Below, in pieces: positions 37,201 through 47,696 of a stretch of DNA of 64,000 nt; the first letter of the stretch is position 1, and each line of letters opens with the position of its first letter. The position numbers and the translations under genes were made by a program. The DNA is taken from assembly GCF_000143415.4 (NCBI RefSeq), contig NW_003314276.1:248899-312898 (forward strand), read 5' to 3'. A model generated the notes under the pieces. The model saw only the letters and a program-made list of their open reading frames with translations. It did not search any database and was not told where the DNA came from. Source of the stretch: Selaginella moellendorffii. Lineage: Eukaryota > Plantae > Lycopodiophyta.

Positions 37201-39711
37201 AGCTCACAACCTGCACAAGGTAAGGTCACGTGAGGCCTCACGCCATTTTGATTATAGATCGTTGTGAATATTCAGACACGAGGACTGAAAAGCGCACTGG
37301 TGGCGCATCGAAGAAGGACAAACAGACAAGCAATAGGAAAAAAGGAGGTACAAATTATATTTGCAATGGCGTGTGGTCTCATGCCATTCCTTGCAGGAGA
37401 AACTTCTTCAAAGGCAAACAGGCAAGCACCAGCCAAGCTCAAACTGACAGTGGTCATAAAAAGCGAAAGCACGTTGGACAGTCGTCGAGATCAGAGGCGT
37501 TTGATTTGAAAAGGAAGAAGGGCAACGAAAAGATGATAGGTAATGCCTCGCGGTTATGGCGTGTGTGCTCATGCCATTCATTGCAGATCAAGGGCTGAGT
37601 GAAAGCAGGCAGTCACCACCTCCTGACTCAGATTCCTATGGCGGACTCCCCTTCCCCAATCTCAATGGAGAGGTACAATGGATGAGGGATGCTTTTCAAG
37701 TCAGGGCCACGTTTTTCTCATCTCGTCGTCTTCGAAGGGTGCAAGAACGTGCAGAAACCATGTTAAGACAGTTGGGTGAGGATACGGTCCTAGCTCACGC
37801 ACTAAAACAGGCTATGGATGTCTTGTATTTTGAGATGGAGACTCGGCCAGATGATTTTCCCAAGATGGTCCTGGAAGAACAAGCCATCCAACCTGAGCAG
37901 CCAATGGAAGAAATGCAGGAGGGGGATGAGGAGCCAGAGAAAGATAATGAGCAGGAAGAGCAAAAGGACGAAGAGGAGGACAAAGAAGAGGAGGACGAAG
38001 AAGAGGAGGACGAAGAGGACTTGGATGGTCCTCACAATGGTGACGATCACAATAATGACGACGACGATGATGATGATGATGGCCAGCCTGAGGTGGCCAA
38101 AGAGCAGCGGAGGAAGGTCATACAAGACAAACCATCAGGTAAATAATAGTACATCCATTCCTAACCTTTTACCATTTCTAACATTGTCCATGTAGGTCGC
38201 AGAGCAAATGGTAAGTAGAGATTATTCAGTTGAATTAAGATACAAACTCTAGCCTTTAGTGTCGAAGAAGGATAGTGCCAAGCAAGGGTCAAAACGTATG
38301 TCCAATCCTTCAGAATCAGCAGTGCGCCCAAGTGATATCGGTCCTAGTTCCTCAATAGCAGTTGATGGTAAATACAATATAGTCGATTCAATGTGCTAAT
38401 GATTTTGTTTTTAGTAGCACGGGAGGATACCATCTCAATCGAAGGGAGATATTTGGACATGCATATGGATCCGCCAGTGGACTCTACTTGCCTGCAAGAG
38501 TCATCAGAGCTGGTGGAGGCTACTATCCATATCAATGCCAAGCAAGCTGACCACGCTCCACTTGATGCTGCCCATACCACTGAGTCAATCTTGTCCACGT
38601 ATCCAACTGACGGTGACCAGGCGCCATTGGACCCACATGAGGCCGCCCCAGCCGCCGAGCCGGTCGTATCCTCATTTCCAACGGACTCAACGTGTGCCCA
38701 ATCGTCTGACTACGCGCCGTTGGAACCTCCCTACACCGCCCCTGCTGCCTGTTCGGTCATGTCCACTTTGCCAACGGAGGCACCAGTTGAAATGGCGTGT
38801 GATCACACGCCATCGGAACCACCCCATGCCACTGTTGAGCCAGTTGTACCAGAGTCTACAGCTGAAATGGCATGTGCCCACACGCCATCGGATGCGATTG
38901 ACCCCACATTGCAGAGGAGAGTATTTCCGCCCTTCACGATTCCTCGACCAAAACCCTCTCAACGACCATCGGGAGCACCATTCGCTAATATTGTAGATGG
39001 TAAAATTGACTTGTACCATTTTTTATGCTGACGCATTTCATTTCAGAGTCACGGCGAAGGTATTGTATCATTTTTGATCTGAACGGTGTCCTTTTCTCCC
39101 ATGAGCGTGGCTCGTCCTCGAATGTCATTGCACCCTCCAAAGCCTGCAGTCGCAAGTTGGTCAAAAGAGACAAATTCACATTAATCACACGGGAGAAACT
39201 GCGGGATCTAATAATGACCATGCGACACTTAAAACAGAGGGCCGGGTTCAATTTGCAATTGGGAGTTTGGACATCCATGATGCGCCACAATGCATTAATG
39301 TTGCTACAGATGATGCACGATCAGACGCGAGTAATATTACCATTTGACTTTCTCCTAACGCAGGAGGATTGCTTGACTATGGTCCATGTGAGGGGTAGCA
39401 AGCCCATCTTCGTCAAACCAGAGGCTGTAGTGATGAACCGGACTGCTAGGTCAAGTGAAATCCTCATCATCGATGACTCGCCGATTAAAACTGCAACGAA
39501 CACGCACACATATGCAGTGCACCCCATCTCTTGCAGTATGGAAACTAGGGAGAAGAAACCGTATGTTCTGGGGGACCTTGCAAAACGGCTTGGAGCGATG
39601 GTGATAGAGAACCGGCCAGTCCAGGAGGTGGCTGCAGAAATCAACCAAATGGCACATGGAACGGTATATCAGAAGCCATTTGATCGGACAGACACCAGTC
39701 ATCATTTATAG
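34287..39711 (+). pseudogene. Multi-exon transposon cargo gene: ParB/Srx-like domain, degenerate DNA-MTase-like fold, acidic/Pro-rich linker, FCP1/NIF-type HAD phosphatase
   Basis: Starts ATG|GTAAGT at 34287. GT-AG introns at 34290-34528, 35705-35758 and 37083-37132, plus further short introns up to ~39046, link ORFs 34508, 35861, 36650, 37556, 38393 and 39025. Motifs: YNHRLVSDEWVEKLK...FYAVSGQHSSLA; KGKCVVEYNCGGLFFRAALLKGVPCVAV; IIFDLNGVL...GVWTS...IIDDSPIK. Lesions: in-frame TAG at 36635-36637 and an apparent 1-bp deletion at ~37410. Confidence 0.75.
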
Positions 39712-40326
39712 CATGTATATTGTCTAGCTAAGCACTATCCGCATCTCCATAATCTGCTCAACCGGATGGGTTCTTCGACCACTGAACATGAGCGTGGACG
39801 TATTAGAGAAGAGATGGCATTACTATTGGGTTTAAATCCTGATAGTGTGGAGAGTGATGAAATTCCAAGATTATTGTATAGGCGTTGGAGGCAAAAAATA
39901 ACAGTCTGAGATGGCATGTATTTATTTAAAAATGTAACTTATTATGGCATGGGGTTCCATGCCATTGTATTAATATTAAAAGACAATTCTTTGAGAGGAT
40001 TTGCATTATACTAGAAGTGTTATAGCATGTTATTGGAAGTCTACGAAGTTGTTTTATTAATAAGGGGAAAGTAAAGATTGAATGGGGACTTGGGCTCCAC
40101 CTAGACTCGGAGCAACTGAGCCAATATTAAAAGGATGGAAAGAAATTGGACGACGATGACAAGGAGAAGAGAGAGGTGAAGCAGTGGCAGGGGGAGGAGA
40201 AGTGATTGAGTAGACATTTCCTTGTTTAAAATAAAATGGCATGTGCCTCAATGCAGTTGAATTTTGTTATATTTATATACATATAAAGGTTTGGAAACCT
40301 TATTTTACAAGTGGGATAATGACAAT

Positions 40327-40350
40327 TCCCACTTTAACGAAATAGAGCTT
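40327..40350 (-). repeat. Right terminal inverted repeat
   Basis: TCCCACTTTAACGAAATAGAGCTT, followed by ATAT. Confidence 0.95.
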
Positions 40351-40566
40351 ATATCACGATCTCTTGCCCTAATTCTACTTGATTCCATTTTAACACTTTA
40401 AAAAATAAAATTTACAATTCAAGTTCTAATTGTCATGGTTGATTCCACAAAAGCTTGCTAAAGCAATTAAAGTTCATCACACATCATGTGCATTCTTTGT
40501 AACATCATTACAACTCTCCTATCTATAGCCATAATTGAAGCTTAGTGGCATTAATCATTAGCTACC

Positions 40567-41159
40567 TGTAAGCAACCAAAGAGAACGACTTGAGAGACGG
40601 TCCATGGGGTTCAAGTATAGAGGGAAAGGGCCCTTGAATAAGAGTGCACCCCCTTTTCCAATCGGTTAAGGGTCTTGGGATACTTTGAGTTAAGCGTCCT
40701 TGGGTTTGAATAGTACTGGGTTGGGTGACCTCCTGGGAAGTCCAAATCCAGGAGCTTACATTTGGTATCAGAAGGGTTTCAGGTCCGACTTTGTTGGTTG
40801 GCTAGGGGAATCACACCACATGTTAATTGACATCTGGCTGGTCTAGTTTGCTCCTGCTGGGCTCGACCCAAGGGGTAGGGTGTCAAGAGAGCGGGGCTCT
40901 CGGGAGAGCTGCGGCTCTCAACTTCCGTTCACAAAGGCGTGAATTTGTAGAGAAGCGTGGTGGATTGTAAGCAACCAAAGAGAACGACTTGAGAGACGGT
41001 CCATGGGGTTCAAGTATAGAGGGAAAGGGCCCATGAATAAGAGTGCACCCCCTTTTCTAATCGGTTAAGGGTCTTGGGATACTTTGAGTTAAGCGTCCTT
41101 AGGTTTAAATAGTACTGGGCTGGGTGACCTCCTAGAAAGTCCAAACCCAGGAGCTTACA
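40567..41159 (+). mobile_element. Cassandra-type TRIM (593 bp) with 5S-rRNA-like LTRs
   Basis: 194-bp LTRs at 40567-40760 and 40966-41159. PBS TGGTATCAGA at 40763. TSD CTACC/TTACC. 5S-like segment at 40688-40743. The empty site is visible in the inverted partner arm at ~42323-42342. Confidence 0.92.
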
Positions 41160-43954
41160 TTACCTCCATTTTTTTCATTATTTATATGTTGCTATCTTGA
41201 ATTTCTTGCATCATTGCTTTCCTTTGCTTGTCACTTCACTCAAGGAGACTATCAGATCCTTGAGTGCATTTGTGTTTTTTCCCTATAGATATTGGAACTT
41301 TTTTCTTACCAACTTGTACTTCTGCAAAGTCTAAGATCTTGTGTCTCATATACAACGTCTTGATCTAGATCTACAGGTGTATCTGTCTCTAATAAAAAGA
41401 GACACAATGGAGCTCTCATAAAGTTTTAGCAAGTCGAGAATTAGAAATTCTTCTTTCACAACTTTATCATCACTACCTCCTCCAAGAATTAGTTCTTTTG
41501 ATGGAGCAACAAGTGTTCCAGAGGTACAAGAAATATTATTCGTGTTTTTTTTTCTGATTTCACAACTTGATTTCCCAGAATGAACCAATTTTAAATGATG
41601 AAAAAAAAAGGAAAATGGTCTATTGATAAGAACAAAGCTCTTTAGTATGCAAAGAGGATGGATAAGAAGAAGGATTGAAAAGGTGGTAGCTGTAGAAATT
41701 CAATGAAAGGACCAGAGAAGTGGTGACACATTTTCAGCATCTTACATTCATAGGTATTTTATCGCACACAAAAGCAATCTAAGTCACAATAGGATGAGCT
41801 TGTGAAGAACTAGAGGCAAATTAGCAATTACAAGAAATATATCCCATCAAGGAAACCATCCTACTTTAGTAGTGAGTTTACTATAGGAATGAAGTTGGTT
41901 CATTCTAGGAAAACAAGTTGTGAAATCAAAAAACAAACACGAATAATATTTTTTGTACCTTTGGAATACTTGTTCCTCCATCAAAACAGCTAGTTTCTGA
42001 AAGAGGTAGTGATGATAAAGTTGTGAGAAAAGAATTTCCAATTCTTGACTTGCTAAAACTCTACAAGAGCTCCATTGTTTCTCTTTGTTCTAGAGACAAA
42101 CACAGCTATAGATCCAGATCAAGACATCGTATTTGAGACAAGATTCTAGAGATGCTAACGAGAACATTTCAGAAGTATAAGTTGGCAAGAAAAAAGTTCC
42201 AATAGCTATGGGGAAAAAACACAAATGCACTCAAGGATTTGATGGTCTCCTCAAGTGAAGTGATAAGCAAAGGAAAGCAATGATGCAAGAACTTCAAGAT
42301 AGCAACATACAAATGATAGAAAAAATGGAGGCAACTAATGATCAATGCCACCAAGCTTCAATTGTGGCTGCAGATAGGAGAGTTGTAATGATGTTGCAAG
42401 GAATACACGTGATATGTGAGAAACTTTGATTGCTTTGGCAAGCTTTTGTGGAATCAACCATGATAAAGAAAAAGTAGAATTGCAAATTTTGTTTTTTAAA
42501 GTGTGAAATGGAAGTAGAATTAGGATGACAAGGCGCTAGATCATGACATGAGGCACTGGATCAATCTAGGGTTTGGCATTGTGAGCTCAGGGCTGTCACA
42601 ATTGCAATGAGGCAAGGCAACACTTGAATTGTCGATGGATGGCACACACAATAAGATAAAGAACAAGCTTTAGTCTTTTGGTGGAGCATGGAAGCCCACC
42701 TTATGGGGCACGGGGTTTCCCCCTTCCCCCCCATTTTGGGTGCCATGTCACTAGGGGGGTATGGACCTTGGGTTTTATTTCTCCCCTCTGGAAAATTTCC
42801 CTCAAGGATGCAGTATCTTCCCAAATAGAAATGCTTAAGTTTTGCAAGGTTTCTTGCTTCTTTCCATAGAGAACTCAATCTCAGTCTTGGTCTCAAACTT
42901 GGTCTCAGTGTCAGCCTCGATCTCAGACCTAGTCTCCATTACTTTACAATACCATTGTATTATTATAATTCATTTCATGTAGGTGTCTTTCACATTTGAT
43001 CACTTTGATAAAGTCACACTATTACCAATAATTTAAATCAACACTTTGAACTAGGAAACTTATTCCTTAACCTAATAAGGAGCTTATCTTTGTTTAACCA
43101 TAGGATCACCTAGTAATCTCACATTGACATATGAATATATGTACCAATAGATACTAGGTCTACCAAACTTTTAACCTATTAACCACAACCCTAGGGGCAT
43201 CCCCCACACTTGGTGGTGTGCCTAAACTAGTGTTCATAGCAACTAAGATTGGGTGTTCCCATCTCATTTACCATGTTTTTGGTCCCACTTACACTAGAGC
43301 ATTCAAATTAAATATACCAAGCTTTCACATTAAGCACTCTAATTGTGCATCATGATTTTGGGGCATCCCCCACTTGGTGGTGTGCCCAAGTCAACCTCCT
43401 TACTGGGAGTCTATGATCATTGAAAAATGAGTGTCCTTGTATTCCAAATCATCACCACGCACTAATAGGCTAGAACTTGAACCCAAGCATTAGGAGAAAA
43501 AATGATTGGCGACTTAGGGCATAGAGGAGTGCAGCTTCCAGCACCATGGCTGCTGTGATCAGAGGTGCGGCCAAAAGGAGAAGAGCACATAGGAGAGAGC
43601 ACCCAATCTCCTTGCACTTGCTACCATCAGCAGGAGCATCTACTGCGAGAATCAACAAAGAATCATTCCAAAATCTCTCTATTTTTTATTTTATACTACT
43701 GTGTCCAAGATGGAATGCCACCAAATACCAAGCAACAATAGAGGGAGATCCAAGCCTCAACCTTTTGCACTTGGAAGAGGTGCTAGAGTCTACAGCCTCA
43801 ACATCTGATTGCCCCAAGGAGGGATGCTAAAGGGAAGAGCTGCTAACAACAAAACCTAAATCACTAAAAGGAGGGCTTTGTTGGGCTCTTCGATGGACAG
43901 TGAGAAGCTAGGACACTATCAGTGATCAAGCAGGCTCAATGTAGAAATCACTTC

Positions 43955-44936
43955 TGTAAGCCACAAATTTTTCCTTTTCAATTTGCCAACTTTCCTCATT
44001 TATCTGACCACCACTGCCTTGGCCTTAGTTAAGTTCCCTTGCTAGGATTCCTTTCTATTGTACTATCTCATATTTGGTCCTACTTAGTTTCAGCTACTCA
44101 CTACACGAGCAATAGAGCATTAACAATCTATCCATGAATTCCCAAATTCTCTCCCAATCCCCCTCCTTGGGTTAGACTGGATTTAAGGTTCAACTACACT
44201 CCCCACAAACATAAGTAGCCAAGCACACCAAGACTTCAGATTCCTAACATCCCTTGGTACAATAAAACTTAATTATAGGACCCTCTAAATCCCAAGCCTT
44301 AGGTGTATCACTTGCTTTAGGACACTGGCAAGAAACACTATGGCCTAATGGCTTAGTATGGGTACCTTTACTTTTCCATCCCGAAGGGAAGGCCCAAGCC
44401 CCTAGGAAGGAGTGAGGACCAATGAGCCACAAGGTACTCAAGTAGGGCACCAGTTCACATGAGCTAGGAGCACTGTAATTAGTTTCCCTTTCGGGAGTGG
44501 GAGTTGCTCTTGAGCACTTCATCGGGTGGCCTCTCTAGCACCACCTAACTCCATGCACATTCCCACCTAAGGCCCCTAGTCTTAACCTTAAGTCAGTTTG
44601 GAAGCACATGCTTTGGGCTTTCACCCCATGACCTATATTAGTATTCGGACTCAGTCTCGGACTTGATCTTGGACTCAACCTCGGACTTGGTCTCAAACTC
44701 AATCTCGGACTCAATCTTGGACCCGACCTCGAACTCTGTCTTGAACTCAATCTTGGACCCGATCTTGGATCTTAGACTTGGTCTCGAACTCGGTCTTGGA
44801 CTCAATCTCGAACTCGGTCTTGAACTAAAACTCGGACTTGATCTCAGACTCAGTCTCATTCAATGAACTTTTCATCATTTTGGTCATGTTTTTGGGGATC
44901 CTTTAGCCTTACACCTCAGGGAGTTAGTTCCTTACA
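43955..44936 (-). mobile_element. Family B LTR copy
   Basis: Reverse complement of 26743-27886 with internal deletions. TG..CA termini. Confidence 0.8.
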
Positions 44937-45607
44937 GGTTCCCAGGTAAGTGAGTGGTGATGGGAGTTAAATGATACCAAAATTTAAGAATACCTTAGGG
45001 AGTTGATTCCTTACAACTCCACCACCCATAAAAAAAGTTCAATACCCACATCAAATGTCTTTTTTTCAATCCTACAACTTATTGACCATGTCTCTTGGGA
45101 CATCCCCCCACTTAGCAGTGTGCTTAAATCAGCCTCTCTAGCTAAGAGCCAATGACAATGGGATATAAGTGTCTTTATAACCCTCAACTCACCATGCCCT
45201 AGTATACATCTACAGATTCAACATCCCTGTGGGGCATTGGGTGTAGCTCCTTAGGCCTGGTTGACCTAGCTAACCCATGCTACCTTCAGTGTGCCTTTGG
45301 GTCCCAACATATGATATTACTCAGTTTCTCAAATGGATACTTTAATTGAACTTTGCATAAGTACATAAAGTTCTACCTTGCAAACATTCCTTCACTAGAT
45401 CCTCAAAGTATGGCTTAAGTACAAAGGTTGAGAGGCAATGGCATTAACAGCGTAGTAGCAATGGCTGAGGAGTCATCCCACAAGGTATGTCTCTATTAAC
45501 AGAGGATCAACACTGAAATGTTTAGTTTTGTCACTCTTAAGTAAATAAAGTACAATAGTATTGTCACTCTAAGCTCTCTACAAACTTTTCCACAGTGTCT
45601 CTCAATG

Positions 45608-45870
45608 CTATGCTATCTTTAGCTGAATGAAGAGACCTTTGTGGAAGGTAGCCTGCATCATGGTTAATCTGTCAGGGTCAAAATCTTCCATGAACCTGTC
45701 ATTCCATGTGATCAAGTTATGCAGCATGCAGCAAGCCATGATGTTGTTTGCAAGGATGCCTGAATGTCCTCTGAATCCCTTTCGAGCTAGCAATTTCCAT
45801 TGCCTCTTTAAAATTCCAAAATATCACTCGACAACATTCCTCGTAGAAGAATGGAGGAAGTTGTACTGCT
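45608..45870 (-). pseudogene. PIF/Harbinger (DDE_Tnp_4-like) transposase C-terminal remnant
   Basis: Minus strand reads FLHSSTRNVVE*YFGILKRQWKLL...IMACCMLHN, the Harbinger HSS.R..IER.FG.LK.RW and ACC.LHN motifs. Confidence 0.7.
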
Positions 45871-46442
45871 CTTGCCATGAAACCTATTTGGATATGGGAC
45901 CAAAACCAGTGTTTGAGCTATCTTTATTTTCAAATAGCCCTAGGGCAACTGCTGTAGCAATTGCCTGTGTTTCTTTATGGCTTCCAAGGACTTGTGGCCA
46001 CCCTTTTGAGTGTACTGGGAAAAAACACTGACCTGCAGAGCCTCTCAAAGGCTCTAAGAATTGTATTAAGCACAAGCGAAGGACAATTCCTGCCATGGGT
46101 TCCACCAGCTGACGAGCTGTCCAATATGTATCCAGCTTAGATCATCATAAAAAAAAGAGCTGCGGATTACCTTGGGCGCTATATACTCTAGAGCTAATGA
46201 GAAAAAACAAGGACGTTACCTTTATGAACGGGATGGGATTCAAGCATCAGGAGAAACAGTCATCAAAAATGTTACAGCGAAAAAGTAAGTGGCAGGAAAT
46301 TCATGTAATCAAGATTGTGAAAAATATGTGAAGAGGACAGCTGCCTAGTTTTCAATTTCTTGCTTGTTTTCTCCTTATGTATTCTCCTTTTGAAGAAGTG
46401 CCACCCTTCTTTACTACAAGCAACAATCTGATGCTAAATAAG

Positions 46443-47233
46443 TCAATTAGTCAATGTTGAAATTAGTGATCCAGATATAAATTCGCCAGCCATCCAATTC
46501 CCATGAAGGACGTTCCTAGTTCCAAGAAAAAGATACTTCCCTTCTCCTTTGGGCTTGTTATCTGCAAAATCTCCTTCATATGTTGTTCCATCACGATAAA
46601 CCCACTGGCCTTTAGCTAAACTTCCAGCCATCCACGTTCCTGTGAACTGTATTAAAGAAAAATTTGAATAAGAGTCGTCTTTGATAAGGAGCACCAAAAA
46701 TGATAAGAAATAAGGAAAAGGGATCATAGGATTTCTTAATGACCTGGCTCATACTGTCTTTGAAGTAGTAAGTTCCAATGCCATGCTTTACACCATCCTT
46801 CCATTCTCCTTTATAAAGATCTCCATTTGGATATGTGTACATTCCAGTTCCATGTCTTTTATCATTTAACCATTGGCCTGTATGAATTAAATAGAAATAC
46901 TAGAACATTCACGAGTAAACCTTACCGTCATAGATACTATTGTCAGGATACTTCAATATGCCTGGTCCAGTCTTCTGATCGTCCACATAAACACCATCAA
47001 ACATTCCTGCCTTAGCCCATCTGTATTTTCCCAGTCCTGACTTTGTGCCCTGTACATATGCTCCGGTGTATGTATCACCGTTTGGATAAGTAGCTATGCC
47101 CTCGCCATGCGGAATAAAATCAATCATTGGTCCGGTCCATTGCTGCAAACATAATTTTGAGATCCATCTTAAAACAGTGACTCCTTACAGTCACTGGCTT
47201 TTCGCCCTCCTCGCCCTCTTCGTCTGCCATCAT
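46443..47233 (-). CDS. RSPH1: MORN-repeat radial spoke head protein (RSPH1 / Chlamydomonas RSP10-like), 4 exons
   Basis: Exons ~47189-47233, ~46926-47142, ~46744-46877 and 46443-~46646 with GT-AG introns. Tandem MORN repeats (YxGxWxxGxKHGxG). Acidic N-terminus MADEEGEEGEKPVTQWTGP. Confidence 0.8.
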
Positions 47234-47696
47234 AGTATTTGCTCGGTAGTTAATGTTGAACCGTGTTTCAGGTCAGGTCATGCATAGTTAATCATACAGT
47301 TGAGCGCTGGCCTGTCATGATTGACGGTGTTGATTAACTAATACATGTCAATCAGAAAAAGAGCCCTCTAAATGACGATGGCAATAATACAAGTGAGATC
47401 GATATCTTGCAAGTTTTCCAGTCGGCCCCAAAGCGCAATAGATCACAACTATGACCATCACCTTCTGTAATCATACACGAAAGTTCATTAAATACTACCG
47501 CAGGAGACGGCGAACATAGAGATGGATTGAGAACAATGTCTATCCGATTGAGAACAAGCAGGGACAGCTTCAGAGCCTTAAAGGCTCCGCCTCTGCTGAC
47601 AAGTGCACTGGGTACATCCATCGAAATCCCATTTCAAGTCTATCTAATGAAGATCCTTTGTTCTTTTAACCCTTTTCACTCTATTAGGGCATAAAA

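Larger units (their letters stand above)
28584..40257. repeat. Dispersed 22-bp palindrome family ATGGCRTG-WGGCCW-CAYGCCAT (~22 copies), confined to the transposon
   Basis: Copies start at 28584, 28637 (partial), 29979, 30036, 31859, 31929, 32027, 32642 (partial), 32714, 33570, 33649, 34315, 34392, 34452, 35726, 37225, 37366, 37556, 38792, 38867, 39944 and 40236 (partial). Confidence 0.93.
28042..40350. mobile_element. 12.3-kb cut-and-paste DNA transposon, Sola1-like, carrying a cargo gene
   Basis: Perfect 24-bp TIRs AAGCTCTATTTCGTTAAAGTGGGA (28042-28065 and 40327-40350). 4-bp ATAT duplication (AWWT, as described for Sola). DDD-type transposase. The flanks rejoin into one foldback arm. Confidence 0.9.
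28007..42560. mobile_element. Foldback or long-inverted-repeat element hosting the Sola-like transposon and a Cassandra TRIM
   Basis: The left arm (28007-28041 + 40355-40566 + 41160-41590) is the diverged reverse complement of ~41894-42560, with a ~300-bp spacer. Confidence 0.7.

Noticed and set aside
28584-40257. Palindromic repeats read as a CRISPR array
   Set aside because: Spacing is irregular (tens of bp to over 1 kb), copies lie in introns and exons of a spliced eukaryotic gene, and there are no cas genes.
40688-40743. 5S rRNA gene
   Set aside because: Only ~55 nt of the internal promoter region is present, duplicated in TRIM LTRs. It is not a 120-nt gene.
43195-45125. Recurrent GGGGCATCCCCCACTTGGTGGTGTGCC motif (~43195, ~43359, ~45097)
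   Set aside because: Three diverged copies in retroelement debris, probably 3' internal repeats; no further structure could be supported.
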